Shown here: piece after piece, positions 40,102 through 48,813 of the stretch
How positions within the stretch are numbered: the first letter of the stretch is position 1
Layout: each line of letters begins with the position of its first letter
DNA from: an uncultured Candidatus Saccharibacteria bacterium
GTDB lineage: Bacteria; Patescibacteriota; Doudnabacteria; UBA920
Direction of reading: 5' to 3'
Length of the DNA stretch: 64,000 nucleotides
NCBI GenBank assembly: GCA_964473815.1
Contig: CAYYQK010000002.1
Span: forward strand, 41,128 to 105,127
Notes under the pieces: generated by a model
Database searches by the model: none
Told to the model about the DNA's origin: nothing
Seen by the model: only the letters and a program-made list of their open reading frames with translations
Translations under genes and position numbers: made by a program

Positions 40102-40308
40102 ATGGACACTAACACTTTCAAGTCAATCGCGCAGCTAGTTTTTCTGGTAGTAATTACTTTCTTTGTGATTGTATCGATTTTAGCTGCATATGTTTTTATT
40201 CGTTACGGTCGCACCCCGGGAATTACTGTTTTAACAACCCTCGTCTTTGTAGGGTTGTTCTTTTTGGGAACACTAAGTGCTTACTTACGATTGTTAAATT
40301 TATTTTAA
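40102..40308 (+). CDS. Small two-TM membrane protein (68 aa), possibly a YdbS-like partner of the next gene.
   Basis: Two hydrophobic helices. 6 nt after ruvB, 18 nt before the next ORF. Confidence 0.4.
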   Translation: MDTNTFKSIAQLVFLVVITFFVIVSILAAYVFIRYGRTPGITVLTTLVFVGLFFLGTLSAYLRLLNLF

Positions 40309-40326
40309 TTTTTGATTTAGATAAAA

Positions 40327-40923
40327 ATGGCGGAACAAGAAATTCCTTACGAAAAATTATTTCCTAGTCAGCAACCAAATGAGAAGGTATTGATTATTGT
40401 ACGCGAGCACTGGTTTCGCTTAGCTTTCAAAATCGTTGCAATTTTTGTGTTGTCATTGTTGCCAGCAGTATTAAAACTCTTCATGAACAACATTCCGTTG
40501 TTCCAACGTAGCGAAACTGCTGACGCAATTGTACAAACAATCATCGGGGTTTACTATTTGGCTTTGTTGGTGGCACTATTTGTTATATTTGTTCTCTACT
40601 ATTTAAATGTACATATTGTAAGCGAGGAGCGCGTGGTAGATATTGATCAGGTTGGCTTGTTGTTCCACCAAGTCTCTGAATTGAATATTGAAACTGTGGA
40701 AGATGTTACCAGCCAAACCTCGGGGGTGTTTGGTAACTTACTCAATTACGGAACTGTGTATGTGCAAACTGCCGGCGCTCATGAACGCTTTGAGTTCGAC
40801 AATGTTCCTGACCCACAAAAAATCGCTAGTGTAATTTTAGAGCTTTATGAAAAGCGTGATCGTGCACCAAGAGCAGTGATGGAAGTTCAATCGCCAAAGC
40901 CCAGATCGACTACTATCAATTAG
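40327..40923 (+). CDS. Membrane protein with a bacterial PH-like (DUF304/bPH_2, YdbT-like) domain.
   Basis: EKVLIIVREHWFRLAFKIVAIFVL start of the domain, TM hairpin, then a PH-like region ...VYVQTAGAHERFEFDNVPDPQKI. Confidence 0.45.
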   Translation: MAEQEIPYEKLFPSQQPNEKVLIIVREHWFRLAFKIVAIFVLSLLPAVLKLFMNNIPLFQRSETADAIVQTIIGVYYLALLVALFVIFVLYYLNVHIVSEERVVDIDQVGLLFHQVSELNIETVEDVTSQTSGVFGNLLNYGTVYVQTAGAHERFEFDNVPDPQKIASVILELYEKRDRAPRAVMEVQSPKPRSTTIN

Positions 40924-40941
40924 AGTTACTCTTACCCAAAC

Positions 40942-42039
40942 ATGAATATTTTAATTTTTGCAGGCGGGTCTGGTACCCGTCTTTGGCCAGCCAGTCGTAA
41001 ATCGAAACCGAAACAGTTACTCAAACTGATTGGCAACAAAACCTTGCTACAGAACACTTATGAGCGTTGTTTGACTTGGACAACTAAGAACAAAGTTTTC
41101 ATAGCCACGCTTAGTGAATACAAAGATGGAGTGCGCAGACAATTACCTGGCATTCCTGTAACACATTACTCCTTGGAGCCAGTGCTACGCGACCGTGGCC
41201 CAGCTATTGCTTTAGCCGCGCTAATTATGAATCATCAGGATCCAAATTCGATGTTCATGACTATGTGGAGTGATCACAATATTAACGAGAAGTCTGGCTA
41301 CTTTAAAAAGTTGTTAGCCAATGCCGAAAAGTATTTGTATGATCATCCGGAAGCAACTTTAACAATTGGTGTTCCCCCAACATTTGCCCACACCGGATTT
41401 GGCTATATCAAGAAAGGTGCGAAAGTTGAAAACAAATATAATTTGCCTCTATACAAAGTTGTTACCTTCACAGAAAAACCAAATTTAAAAACTGCCGAAA
41501 AATTTGTGCAGTCAGGGCAACAACTTTGGAATAGTGGCTACTTCATTTGGAAAACTTCTACCTTACTAGAACTTTACAAGCAGCATTTACCGGAAGTTTA
41601 TAAAATCTTGATGAAGATTCAGCCGCATCTGGGCACTAAGAATCAACAGAAAGAAATCGATCGCTGGTATCCTAAGATGCCAAAAGTGGAAATTGAGACC
41701 GGCATTATTGAGAAAGTAAAAGATAAACTGTTCACCATTGAAGCGAAGTTTGACTGGATCGATGTTGGTAGCTGGAAAATTATCAAGGAAGCACAAAGTA
41801 AGGGCGGCGCGAAGTCTATTGAAAATATAACTCAAGGTTTACACGTAGACCATGACAGTAAAAACTCACTGGTGTACAACTATAACCCTAAGCAACTTGT
41901 CACAACATTGAGTACAAAAGATTTAGTTGTAGTTGTTACGGAAGATGCTATTCTCGTTGCCGACAAAGACAGTAGCGTGGATCTAAAAAAACTGACTGCG
42001 AAATTGAAAGAAGATAAAAAACTAAATAAGTATTTGTAA
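40942..42039 (+). CDS. Mannose-1-phosphate guanylyltransferase-like nucleotidyltransferase.
   Basis: MNILIFAGGSGTRLWPASRKSKPKQLLKL nucleotidyltransferase G-x-G-T-R motif. 365 aa. Confidence 0.7.
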   Translation: MNILIFAGGSGTRLWPASRKSKPKQLLKLIGNKTLLQNTYERCLTWTTKNKVFIATLSEYKDGVRRQLPGIPVTHYSLEPVLRDRGPAIALAALIMNHQDPNSMFMTMWSDHNINEKSGYFKKLLANAEKYLYDHPEATLTIGVPPTFAHTGFGYIKKGAKVENKYNLPLYKVVTFTEKPNLKTAEKFVQSGQQLWNSGYFIWKTSTLLELYKQHLPEVYKILMKIQPHLGTKNQQKEIDRWYPKMPKVEIETGIIEKVKDKLFTIEAKFDWIDVGSWKIIKEAQSKGGAKSIENITQGLHVDHDSKNSLVYNYNPKQLVTTLSTKDLVVVVTEDAILVADKDSSVDLKKLTAKLKEDKKLNKYL

Positions 42040-42043
42040 AAGC

Positions 42044-42075
42044 AAAAACCGCGCTTCTCACGAGGCGCGGTTTTC
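42044..42075. terminator. Bidirectional terminator between convergent genes.
   Basis: aaaACCGCGCttctcacgagGCGCGGTtttt. Confidence 0.6.
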
Positions 42076-42105
42076 TGATTCGAATCTTTAAACAACGTGA
42101 ATTGT

Positions 42106-42483
42106 TTACATTGCTGGCATCGAAGAAGAGGAGGAACTGCTCTTCGAAAAGCCAACAAACAAGAACACAACTGTAAGCACCAAGTGCAAGAAGTTATCAG
42201 CAGAGTTTGATACGATCAAACCAAGGATATGACCGCCACCAATGAAACCAAGAATGGTTACAAGCGCGTATACAATACCAAGGATCATAGCAAATTTGCG
42301 AGCCTGGCTTTCGCCTTGACTTGCAAATACAAATGCCAAAACACCTGACACAATGTGTACCAAGTTATGCAATGTATCGACTGCAAAAATTCCCAAGATT
42401 GGGTTATTAAAGAAGCCGAGAATGCCGATGACGACGAATACGACGCCAGCGACCATCATTATAGTTTTTGCCATATTAATCAA
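42106..42483 (-). CDS. Small integral membrane protein (DUF4383-like), 125 aa.
   Basis: MAKTIMMVAGVVFVVIGILGFF... four hydrophobic helices, Ser-rich C-terminus. Confidence 0.45.
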   Translation of the reverse strand: MINMAKTIMMVAGVVFVVIGILGFFNNPILGIFAVDTLHNLVHIVSGVLAFVFASQGESQARKFAMILGIVYALVTILGFIGGGHILGLIVSNSADNFLHLVLTVVFLFVGFSKSSSSSSSMPAM

Positions 42484-42612
42484 ATTATATATAAAATTAT
42501 TCGAATAATTTCATATTCTAGGTATCGACCAAGTCCTAAAATATATCTAAAGTATATACCTTTTTGGCTTGAATAAAAGTTAATTATCCACCAATGTCAA
42601 TGGCTCTGTGAA

Positions 42613-42648
42613 CAAAAAGCCCTAGCTGGCTTCTTGTGCGCTAGGGCT
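42613..42648 (-). terminator. recF terminator whose hairpin overlaps the recF stop codon.
   Basis: AGCCCTAGCtggcttcttgtgcGCTAGGGCT. On the minus strand it is followed by ctttttgttc. The TAG at 42622-42624 is inside the 5' arm. Confidence 0.5.
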
Positions 42649-43704
42649 TAGAGTGACGTGTTGTCCGATCATTTCGAGCGGATGAGTTGTAGTGATAAAC
42701 GTTTGGAATTTCCCTTGCAAGTATTTCAGTAAGAAGGTTCGGCGAGTATCATCGAGTTCAGAAAGCACATCGTCGAGAAGTAGAATTGGCTTGTCGTCTT
42801 CTGTGCTCAAGTATTCCAATTCCAGAATTTTTAGAGCGAGCACCTGACTGCGTTGCTCACCCCTGGAGGAGAAGGACACAAGATAAATTCCTTCGCTCTG
42901 GAGATCAAAATCGTCGCGGTGTGGGCCGATTAACGATGTGCCCGCGGCAATCTCTCGCGGCTGTAATTTTTCTAGTGCCGATTTGAAACCTTCTTGAATT
43001 TCTTCTAACGTATCGCCTGGCAAGGTTTCGTAAACTACTTCAATGGTTCTGTGGAATTGAGAAATGCCTGCGTAGACTTCGGAAATGTTTTGGTTTAGGA
43101 ATTTAATAAATGCCTTACGTTCCATGATGATTTGCGAACCTATGTCGACAAGTTGTTCATTCCAAGATGACAATGCTTCAGAAGTTGCCTGACCAGCTTT
43201 AATGTCTTGCAGCAAGCGATTCTTCTGAGACAATACTTTTTTGTAATTGGCTAAGTTATCGCCGTAGTCCATGGTCTTCTGAGACAATACCATGTTCAAA
43301 TATTTGCGGCGCGCTTCTGGTTGTTGTGTAAACAAATCTACATCAGTTGGTTCAAAAATTACTACTCGCACATAACCTTGTGCATCTTTTCGTTTTTTCT
43401 TTACACCATCGATTTTAAAGTTTGCAAAAATGCGTTCACGCTTCTCCAAAAAAACTTCAAGCAAATGTTCCTGTCCACCACGTTCAATCTCAACTTTAAT
43501 TTCCGCATTGTTTGAACCCTGTAAAAAAATAAAATCTGCATCATCGCGGAAAGATTTAAACAAAGAGCCGAAATAAATCGATTCCATTAAATTAGTTTTG
43601 CCCACGGCGTTTGGTCCGGACAAAACCACCATGTCGCTGGTGATTGGTAAATCCAAGCTTGGATAGTTGCGGAAGTTTTTGATTTGGAGATTTGTGATTT
43701 TCAT
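42622..43704 (-). CDS. recF: DNA replication and repair protein RecF.
   Basis: MKITNLQIKNFRNY...LSGPNAVGKTNLMESIYF. 360 aa. Downstream of dnaN. Confidence 0.9.
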   Translation of the reverse strand: MKITNLQIKNFRNYPSLDLPITSDMVVLSGPNAVGKTNLMESIYFGSLFKSFRDDADFIFLQGSNNAEIKVEIERGGQEHLLEVFLEKRERIFANFKIDGVKKKRKDAQGYVRVVIFEPTDVDLFTQQPEARRKYLNMVLSQKTMDYGDNLANYKKVLSQKNRLLQDIKAGQATSEALSSWNEQLVDIGSQIIMERKAFIKFLNQNISEVYAGISQFHRTIEVVYETLPGDTLEEIQEGFKSALEKLQPREIAAGTSLIGPHRDDFDLQSEGIYLVSFSSRGEQRSQVLALKILELEYLSTEDDKPILLLDDVLSELDDTRRTFLLKYLQGKFQTFITTTHPLEMIGQHVTLSPSAQEAS

Positions 43705-43714
43705 GTGTGTCTGT

Positions 43715-44809
43715 TTACAGCCGGATCGGCATAATTAGATATAAATAATTTGGATTTCCTTGTGGCCTAAATACTACTGGTAAGGTGTCGTTGATTACGC
43801 TAATGTCGAGAATTGCCGCTTGGGTATTGGTCAGCAGATCCAGCATATATCGATAGTTCAGGATGACTGATATAGCTGTTCCTTTCACTTCGCATGGAAT
43901 ATCAACATTACTTTCTCCCACTCCCTGCGACTGCGACATTATCCGGACAACTTGTTTCTCTGGGTCTATCTCCATAGTAACACTTCCTGCGCCTCGAGAG
44001 AATATCCCACTGGTTTTTAGGGCTGAAAGTAAATCTGAATGCTGGATACTGGCAATTGTTCCGGTTTCAGTTGGAATAATTTGATTATATTCAGGGTATT
44101 GGCCATCGATTAACCTGGTTACCAGGTATGTACCGCCAACCTGCATAGACATTTGAGTGGCGCTAATATTTAGATTAACTGGATTTTCTGCAAGGCTCAG
44201 CAGGCGGGAAATTTCTTGGATGCTTCGCTGCGGAACGATTATCGATCTTCCTGCCTGAGTTTTTATACCCAAATTCATTTCTGCTAGGCGGTAACGATCA
44301 GTGGCTGTGATAACGACCTTAGCATCTTCGAATTTCAGGGAGATACCGGAAATTTCTGGCTGGGTTTCACTGGTACTGGCTGCAAAGGCAGTTGAGTCTA
44401 AGGCCAGTTTCATGTCCCCTGCAGCAACCTCGACTATACTTGCATCATCAACTGTAGGAATTAGCGGGAAGTCTTCAGCAGGTAAATGTTTAATCTTGGT
44501 TTGATACCGTTCAGTTGTTACTGCTGTTTCTGATACACCTGCTTCCAAAGTAATGTTTTCGTTCGGCAAGTTGTTTACCAGATCCAACAAAACTTTTGCT
44601 GCAACACAGACTCCGCCTTCTGCTTCGATTTTACATCGTACCAAAGTACTGATTCCCATCTCCAAGTTTGTTGCCGAAATTTTTAACTGCCCGTTCTCGG
44701 TTTGCAACAACACGTTGTTCAAAATTGGTAACGTGGAACTTGAACCAACAATTCGAGAAACTTGCGTTAGTCCGTTGCGTAAATTTTCTTGGGTACAGAT
44801 TATCTTCAT
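43715..44809 (-). CDS. dnaN: DNA polymerase III beta sliding clamp.
   Basis: MKIICTQENLRNGLTQVSRIV...LQTENGQLKISATNLEMGI. 364 aa, three-domain length. Confidence 0.9.
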   Translation of the reverse strand: MKIICTQENLRNGLTQVSRIVGSSSTLPILNNVLLQTENGQLKISATNLEMGISTLVRCKIEAEGGVCVAAKVLLDLVNNLPNENITLEAGVSETAVTTERYQTKIKHLPAEDFPLIPTVDDASIVEVAAGDMKLALDSTAFAASTSETQPEISGISLKFEDAKVVITATDRYRLAEMNLGIKTQAGRSIIVPQRSIQEISRLLSLAENPVNLNISATQMSMQVGGTYLVTRLIDGQYPEYNQIIPTETGTIASIQHSDLLSALKTSGIFSRGAGSVTMEIDPEKQVVRIMSQSQGVGESNVDIPCEVKGTAISVILNYRYMLDLLTNTQAAILDISVINDTLPVVFRPQGNPNYLYLIMPIRL

Positions 44810-45099
44810 TACTGTAATTATAAATTAATTAAATCTAGTAATACATAATAATAAGCGCTGGGGATTTCTGGATAACTGATTTTTTTCGGTCAAAGCGCTT
44901 ATTATTAAAGGGAATATTTTTTCGGAAGGCTGTGGGTTACTTGCAGATAAAGTTCAAATAAAGATTGGATAAATATTTTCTAAAATGTTGATAAAGTATT
45001 TCTTAATATTTCCGTTGTGGGTAACTGGTAGTTTATACACACTTTATTATTTCTTTATCAATTCTTTATAAACATTTTATCCACGGAGTTATACATTGT
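44810..45099. promoter_or_regulatory. Candidate oriC segment (dnaA-dnaN spacer). AT-rich, with DnaA-box-like 9-mers.
   Basis: TTATCCACg (45077-45085), TTACCCACA (rc of 45016-45024), TAACCCACA (rc of 44931-44939), plus TTATCCA-type half matches at about 44865 and 44975. Confidence 0.5.
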
Positions 45100-46455
45100 T
45101 TATGCGTAGATTTTTTCCAGAATTAATTCGATTTCTTGCTTAATTCCATCATTAGATTCTACCGCCTTTTCTACCTTTTCTACTCCGTGCATTACAGTGG
45201 TATGGTCTCGGCCACCAAAGAACTCTCCAATCGACGGGAATGAGCTTTCTAGCTCTTTACGGGCAATATACATGGCAGTTTGGCGAGGTTTAACGAACTC
45301 TTTACGGCGTGACTGCTTCAACAAGTCATCAATTGTGATGCTGTAGAAACTGGCAACACTTTCGGCGATCTTACTTAGAGTAACGGCTTTCTTCTTTGAG
45401 TTAACAATACTGGCAAGAATGTTCTTGGCTTGCTCTAAGTTAATCGGTTTATTTTCAATTTGCTGGTAGATTAACAATTTGTTAAGCGCCCCTTCCAACT
45501 CGCGAATGTTGTTAACAACATTTTCTGCAATAAAGTTTACAACATCGTCCGGAACCTCAATGCCCTTCTTTTGAAGTTTGGTTCGGAGAATCGCAATTCG
45601 AGTTTCTAAGGTCGGCGCACCAATGTCAGCCACCATCCCCCATTCGAACCTAGATACTAGTCGCTGCTCAATAGCAGGGATATCTCTCGGTAAACGGTCA
45701 GCTGTTAAAATAATTTGCTTACCTTTGTCTCGTAGTTCGTTAAACGTATGGAAAAATTCTTCTTGAGTTTGTTCTTTTCCAGCAATGAACTGCACATCAT
45801 CTATTAACAGCATATCAATATTCCGGTAAAGGCGCTTGAATTCATCAATGCGTTTTTGTTGAATGGCCGAAACATAGTCATTAGTGAATTTTTCACTGGT
45901 CACATATAAAACTTTCAAGTTTGGATTCGCAGCCAGTAGTTTATTTCCTACTGCATGCATAAGATGAGTTTTGCCCAAACCAACTCCACCATAGATAAAC
46001 AGCGGATTATATTGAGAACCAGGATTTTTAGCTACTGCGGTGCTGGCTGCATGGGCTAATTCATTGTTCTGCCCAACCACAAAAGTTTCAAAAATATATT
46101 GTGAATTTAACCCACCAACTTTTGAGGCTGCTGCTGGCTGCTGTTCAGTGGTGGTTTTCTTGGCTGGGTCTTTGACCGCCAAAGGCTGCTGAGGCTGCTC
46201 ATCAGCCTTAAAATGGCCCACATAATAGCGAATAGTCTTCACTTCGGGGGCTATGGACTTCAGTGCCTTAAGCAAATTAGCCTGATATTTACTCGAAATC
46301 CAGTTTTTAACGAAATCGCTAGGCACTCCAACGACAATATAGTCGTCTGATTTCTCAATAATGCCAGTGTTTTTGAACCAAGTGATAAAATTTCCCTTAC
46401 TTAAGGTTACTTCTAGGTCACCGATAATAGCTTGCCAGAGTTGTTGGTTCGTCAT
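45100..46455 (-). CDS. dnaA: Chromosomal replication initiator protein DnaA.
   Basis: AAA+ Walker [17 protein letters not shown] and C-terminal DNA-binding domain. 451 aa. Confidence 0.95.
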   Translation of the reverse strand: MTNQQLWQAIIGDLEVTLSKGNFITWFKNTGIIEKSDDYIVVGVPSDFVKNWISSKYQANLLKALKSIAPEVKTIRYYVGHFKADEQPQQPLAVKDPAKKTTTEQQPAAASKVGGLNSQYIFETFVVGQNNELAHAASTAVAKNPGSQYNPLFIYGGVGLGKTHLMHAVGNKLLAANPNLKVLYVTSEKFTNDYVSAIQQKRIDEFKRLYRNIDMLLIDDVQFIAGKEQTQEEFFHTFNELRDKGKQIILTADRLPRDIPAIEQRLVSRFEWGMVADIGAPTLETRIAILRTKLQKKGIEVPDDVVNFIAENVVNNIRELEGALNKLLIYQQIENKPINLEQAKNILASIVNSKKKAVTLSKIAESVASFYSITIDDLLKQSRRKEFVKPRQTAMYIARKELESSFPSIGEFFGGRDHTTVMHGVEKVEKAVESNDGIKQEIELILEKIYA

Positions 46456-46761
46456 GATAATTCATTCTAACAGCAGAGTTATCAACATGTAAAATAGGCC
46501 ATTTTCCCTTGCATTTAAGCCATATTTATACTTTTGTGTTCATAACTTGGGGACAACTTGTGCTTAAGTTTCTATTTATTCGAAAATTCAGAAAAATTTT
46601 AGAATATACCCTGTGGATTACTGGGGCGGGTCCTGCCAGGAGGTAATTTTTTTCTTCCCAGCCGCAGCCCGGCTGGATCAGAAAATAAATTACCATCCTG
46701 TCACCCGCCTTAAAATCCTCAAGATATTGACTAAAATCTAGTCTTTTAGTATAATTCTGGA
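46456..46761. promoter_or_regulatory. dnaA-rpmH spacer: second candidate oriC or DnaA-box region, dnaA promoter, and a GC-rich nested hairpin at 46623-46710.
   Basis: TTATCAACA (46479-46487), TAATCCACA (rc of 46612-46620). TAGAAT -10 lies 8 nt before the dnaA ATG. Nested stems GGCGGGT/ACCCGCC, GGTAAT/ATTACC, CCAGCCG/CGGCTGG. Confidence 0.45.
46750..46755 (+). promoter_or_regulatory. TATAAT -10 box 6 nt upstream of the rpmH ATG (leaderless-type promoter).
   Basis: agTATAATtctggaATG. Confidence 0.4.
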
Positions 46762-46896
46762 ATGAAAAGAACTTACCAGCCAAAGGTTAAACGCCGCAAA
46801 AGAGTACACGGATTCATGAAACGCATGCTTACCCGAACCGGTCGCGCCGTATTAGCCCGCCGCCGCCTCAAAGGCCGCAAAAAACTAACTGTATAA
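46762..46896 (+). CDS. rpmH: 50S ribosomal protein L34 (44 aa). Not in the supplied ORF track.
   Basis: [44 protein letters not shown]. 9 nt upstream of rnpA. Confidence 0.9.
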   Translation: MKRTYQPKVKRRKRVHGFMKRMLTRTGRAVLARRRLKGRKKLTV

Positions 46897-46905
46897 TCAA
46901 ATACT

Positions 46906-47250
46906 ATGTTACCCCGAAAACACCGCCTCTCTAAGTCAGCTGAAGTTCGCAAAACAACAGCCCAGGGGCGGAGTTTTTTTAGCCCATTTTTTATCCTTAA
47001 GCTTTTGCCAAACAAAACCGAGGCCAAGATTACACTAATTGCATCAGTGAGGGCTTCAAAGAAAGCAGTGGAGCGCAACCGGGCGAAACGAATCATTCGT
47101 GATGAGCTACGCAAGCATGTCTCACAATTCAAACCCGGTGATTACGTATTTATAGTTAGGCACGCAGCAGTAACTGCGACGCCTGCCGAACTTCGCGAAA
47201 CACTTGTGAAAAGTTTAACCTCTGCGAAAATCATCAAACTAGTAAAATAG
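46906..47250 (+). CDS. rnpA: Ribonuclease P protein component.
   Basis: RLSKSAEVRKTTAQGRSF...RNRAKRIIRDELRK RNase P protein motif. 114 aa. Confidence 0.9.
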   Translation: MLPRKHRLSKSAEVRKTTAQGRSFFSPFFILKLLPNKTEAKITLIASVRASKKAVERNRAKRIIRDELRKHVSQFKPGDYVFIVRHAAVTATPAELRETLVKSLTSAKIIKLVK

Positions 47251-47253
47251 AAA

Positions 47254-47493
47254 ATGAAGTACGCACTAATTTACATAATTAAAATTTATCAAAAGACATT
47301 GTCGCCGGACCATGGTTGGTTTAAAGCAAAGTGGCCAGCTGGATACTGCCGTTACTATCCTACTTGCAGTCAATATGCAATTGAGGCGCTGCAAGCTCAC
47401 GGCGGCTTAAAAGGCTCCGTTCTTGCGGCTAAAAGAATTGTTCGTTGTAACCCATTTGCACAGCCTGGCGTTGATCCTGTTCCTAAACTATAA
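47254..47493 (+). CDS. yidD: Membrane protein insertion efficiency factor YidD.
   Basis: IKIYQKTLSP...CRYYPTCSQYAIEALQAHG. 79 aa. Confidence 0.85.
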   Translation: MKYALIYIIKIYQKTLSPDHGWFKAKWPAGYCRYYPTCSQYAIEALQAHGGLKGSVLAAKRIVRCNPFAQPGVDPVPKL

Positions 47494-47514
47494 TAATAGA
47501 AATCAATAAAACTT

Positions 47515-48264
47515 ATGTGGCATCTTATTACTCAAATTTACGATCTCATTATTTACCACCCAATACTTAACTTATTGGTGGCAATTTACAATCACATTCC
47601 GGGTCATGACTTTGGTGTGGTTATTATTGTGGTAACAGTTGTTATTCGTCTCATCCTCGCGCCATTCATGCACAAATCGCTTAAGGGCCAGCGTGCAATG
47701 TCTGCACTACAACCAAAACTTGCCGAGCTTAAAGAAATCCACAAGGGTGATTCCATGGCGCACCAAAAAGCAACAATGGATTTGTACAAAGAACACAACA
47801 TTAATCCGTTCTCGTCTTGTTTACCAATGTTGATTCAGTTGCCAGTGTTGATTGCTTTGTATCAGGTGTTTCGCAAAGCGCTGCACATGGACCTAACTGG
47901 TCTGTATAGTTTTGTTCACAACCCCGGCACTATTAATCCAATGATGTTTGGACATTTTGATCTTTCGCACCCAAACATCGCTTTCGCAATTATAGCCGGT
48001 GTGGTACAGTTCTTGCAGTCTTGGATGATGACCCGCTGGCAAAACGGCCCAGTAGACGGAACTGCCAAAGCTATGAATGCGCAAATGATGTACTTGCTGC
48101 CAGCTGTTTCCGTGTATATTGCTTGGAAACTGCCAGCTGGTTTACCGCTTTACTGGATTGTGACAACTTTGTTTGCCATCGCCCAGCAAGTTTATATTAA
48201 TTATCGACACCCAATGACTCCGGCTAAGCCCGCTGTTATCGAAGGCTCAGCAACCGTAAAATAA
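47515..48264 (+). CDS. yidC: Membrane protein insertase YidC (short, Gram-positive-type).
   Basis: 249 aa, 5 TM. YidC/Oxa1 core motifs (...SCLPMLIQLPVLIALYQVF...). Confidence 0.85.
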   Translation: MWHLITQIYDLIIYHPILNLLVAIYNHIPGHDFGVVIIVVTVVIRLILAPFMHKSLKGQRAMSALQPKLAELKEIHKGDSMAHQKATMDLYKEHNINPFSSCLPMLIQLPVLIALYQVFRKALHMDLTGLYSFVHNPGTINPMMFGHFDLSHPNIAFAIIAGVVQFLQSWMMTRWQNGPVDGTAKAMNAQMMYLLPAVSVYIAWKLPAGLPLYWIVTTLFAIAQQVYINYRHPMTPAKPAVIEGSATVK

Positions 48265-48271
48265 CTAACTC

Positions 48272-48742
48272 ATGGCAGATTACGAAACAATTGAATATAT
48301 CCAGTCTGTGATCCTTGATGTGCTTGAACGAGCAGGGGTACAGGCGCGTGTAGACTATGAAGACAGCCTGGTGAGCGGGTTAGTCTTTAATATTCGCTCG
48401 CGCGATGCCAAGTTGCTGATTGGTCACCAAGGCAGCACTTTATATTCTTTGGAACACATTATTCATTCAATGGTGTCCCGTCATCTAGCTACTAAATCTG
48501 ACAACCGCATTTACTTTTCCATTGATGTTGACGACTACAAACGTAACCGCCAGTATCAAATTAAACAAATGATCAAAGAAGATATTAGTGAAATGAAAAA
48601 GAGTGGCAAGTCCATTAGCCTGCCACCAATGCCAAAGTACGAACGCAAATTTGTGCACATGTACATTCAGGAACAATTCCCTCATGTGTCTACTGAGAGT
48701 GCTGGCAATGAACCAAACCGTTACATAAAATTATCTCTCTAA
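48272..48742 (+). CDS. jag: Jag/KhpB-type RNA-binding protein (KH + R3H).
   Basis: C-terminal R3H motif YERKFVHMYIQEQ...STESAGNEPNRYIKL. Conserved position after yidC. Confidence 0.8.
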   Translation: MADYETIEYIQSVILDVLERAGVQARVDYEDSLVSGLVFNIRSRDAKLLIGHQGSTLYSLEHIIHSMVSRHLATKSDNRIYFSIDVDDYKRNRQYQIKQMIKEDISEMKKSGKSISLPPMPKYERKFVHMYIQEQFPHVSTESAGNEPNRYIKLSL

Positions 48743-48813
48743 ATTCCTGCTCAAAAATAAAACCGCCGCGCATATAGCGAAGCGGTTTTTAAATTTTCTA
48801 TATAGATTAGAGA

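Noticed and set aside
46623-46710. SRP (4.5S) RNA or other known ncRNA for the GC-rich hairpin near oriC.
   Set aside because: It lacks the conserved domain IV motifs (GGAA tetraloop region with AGGAAGCAGC) and no other family signature was recognised. It stays an unexplained structure.
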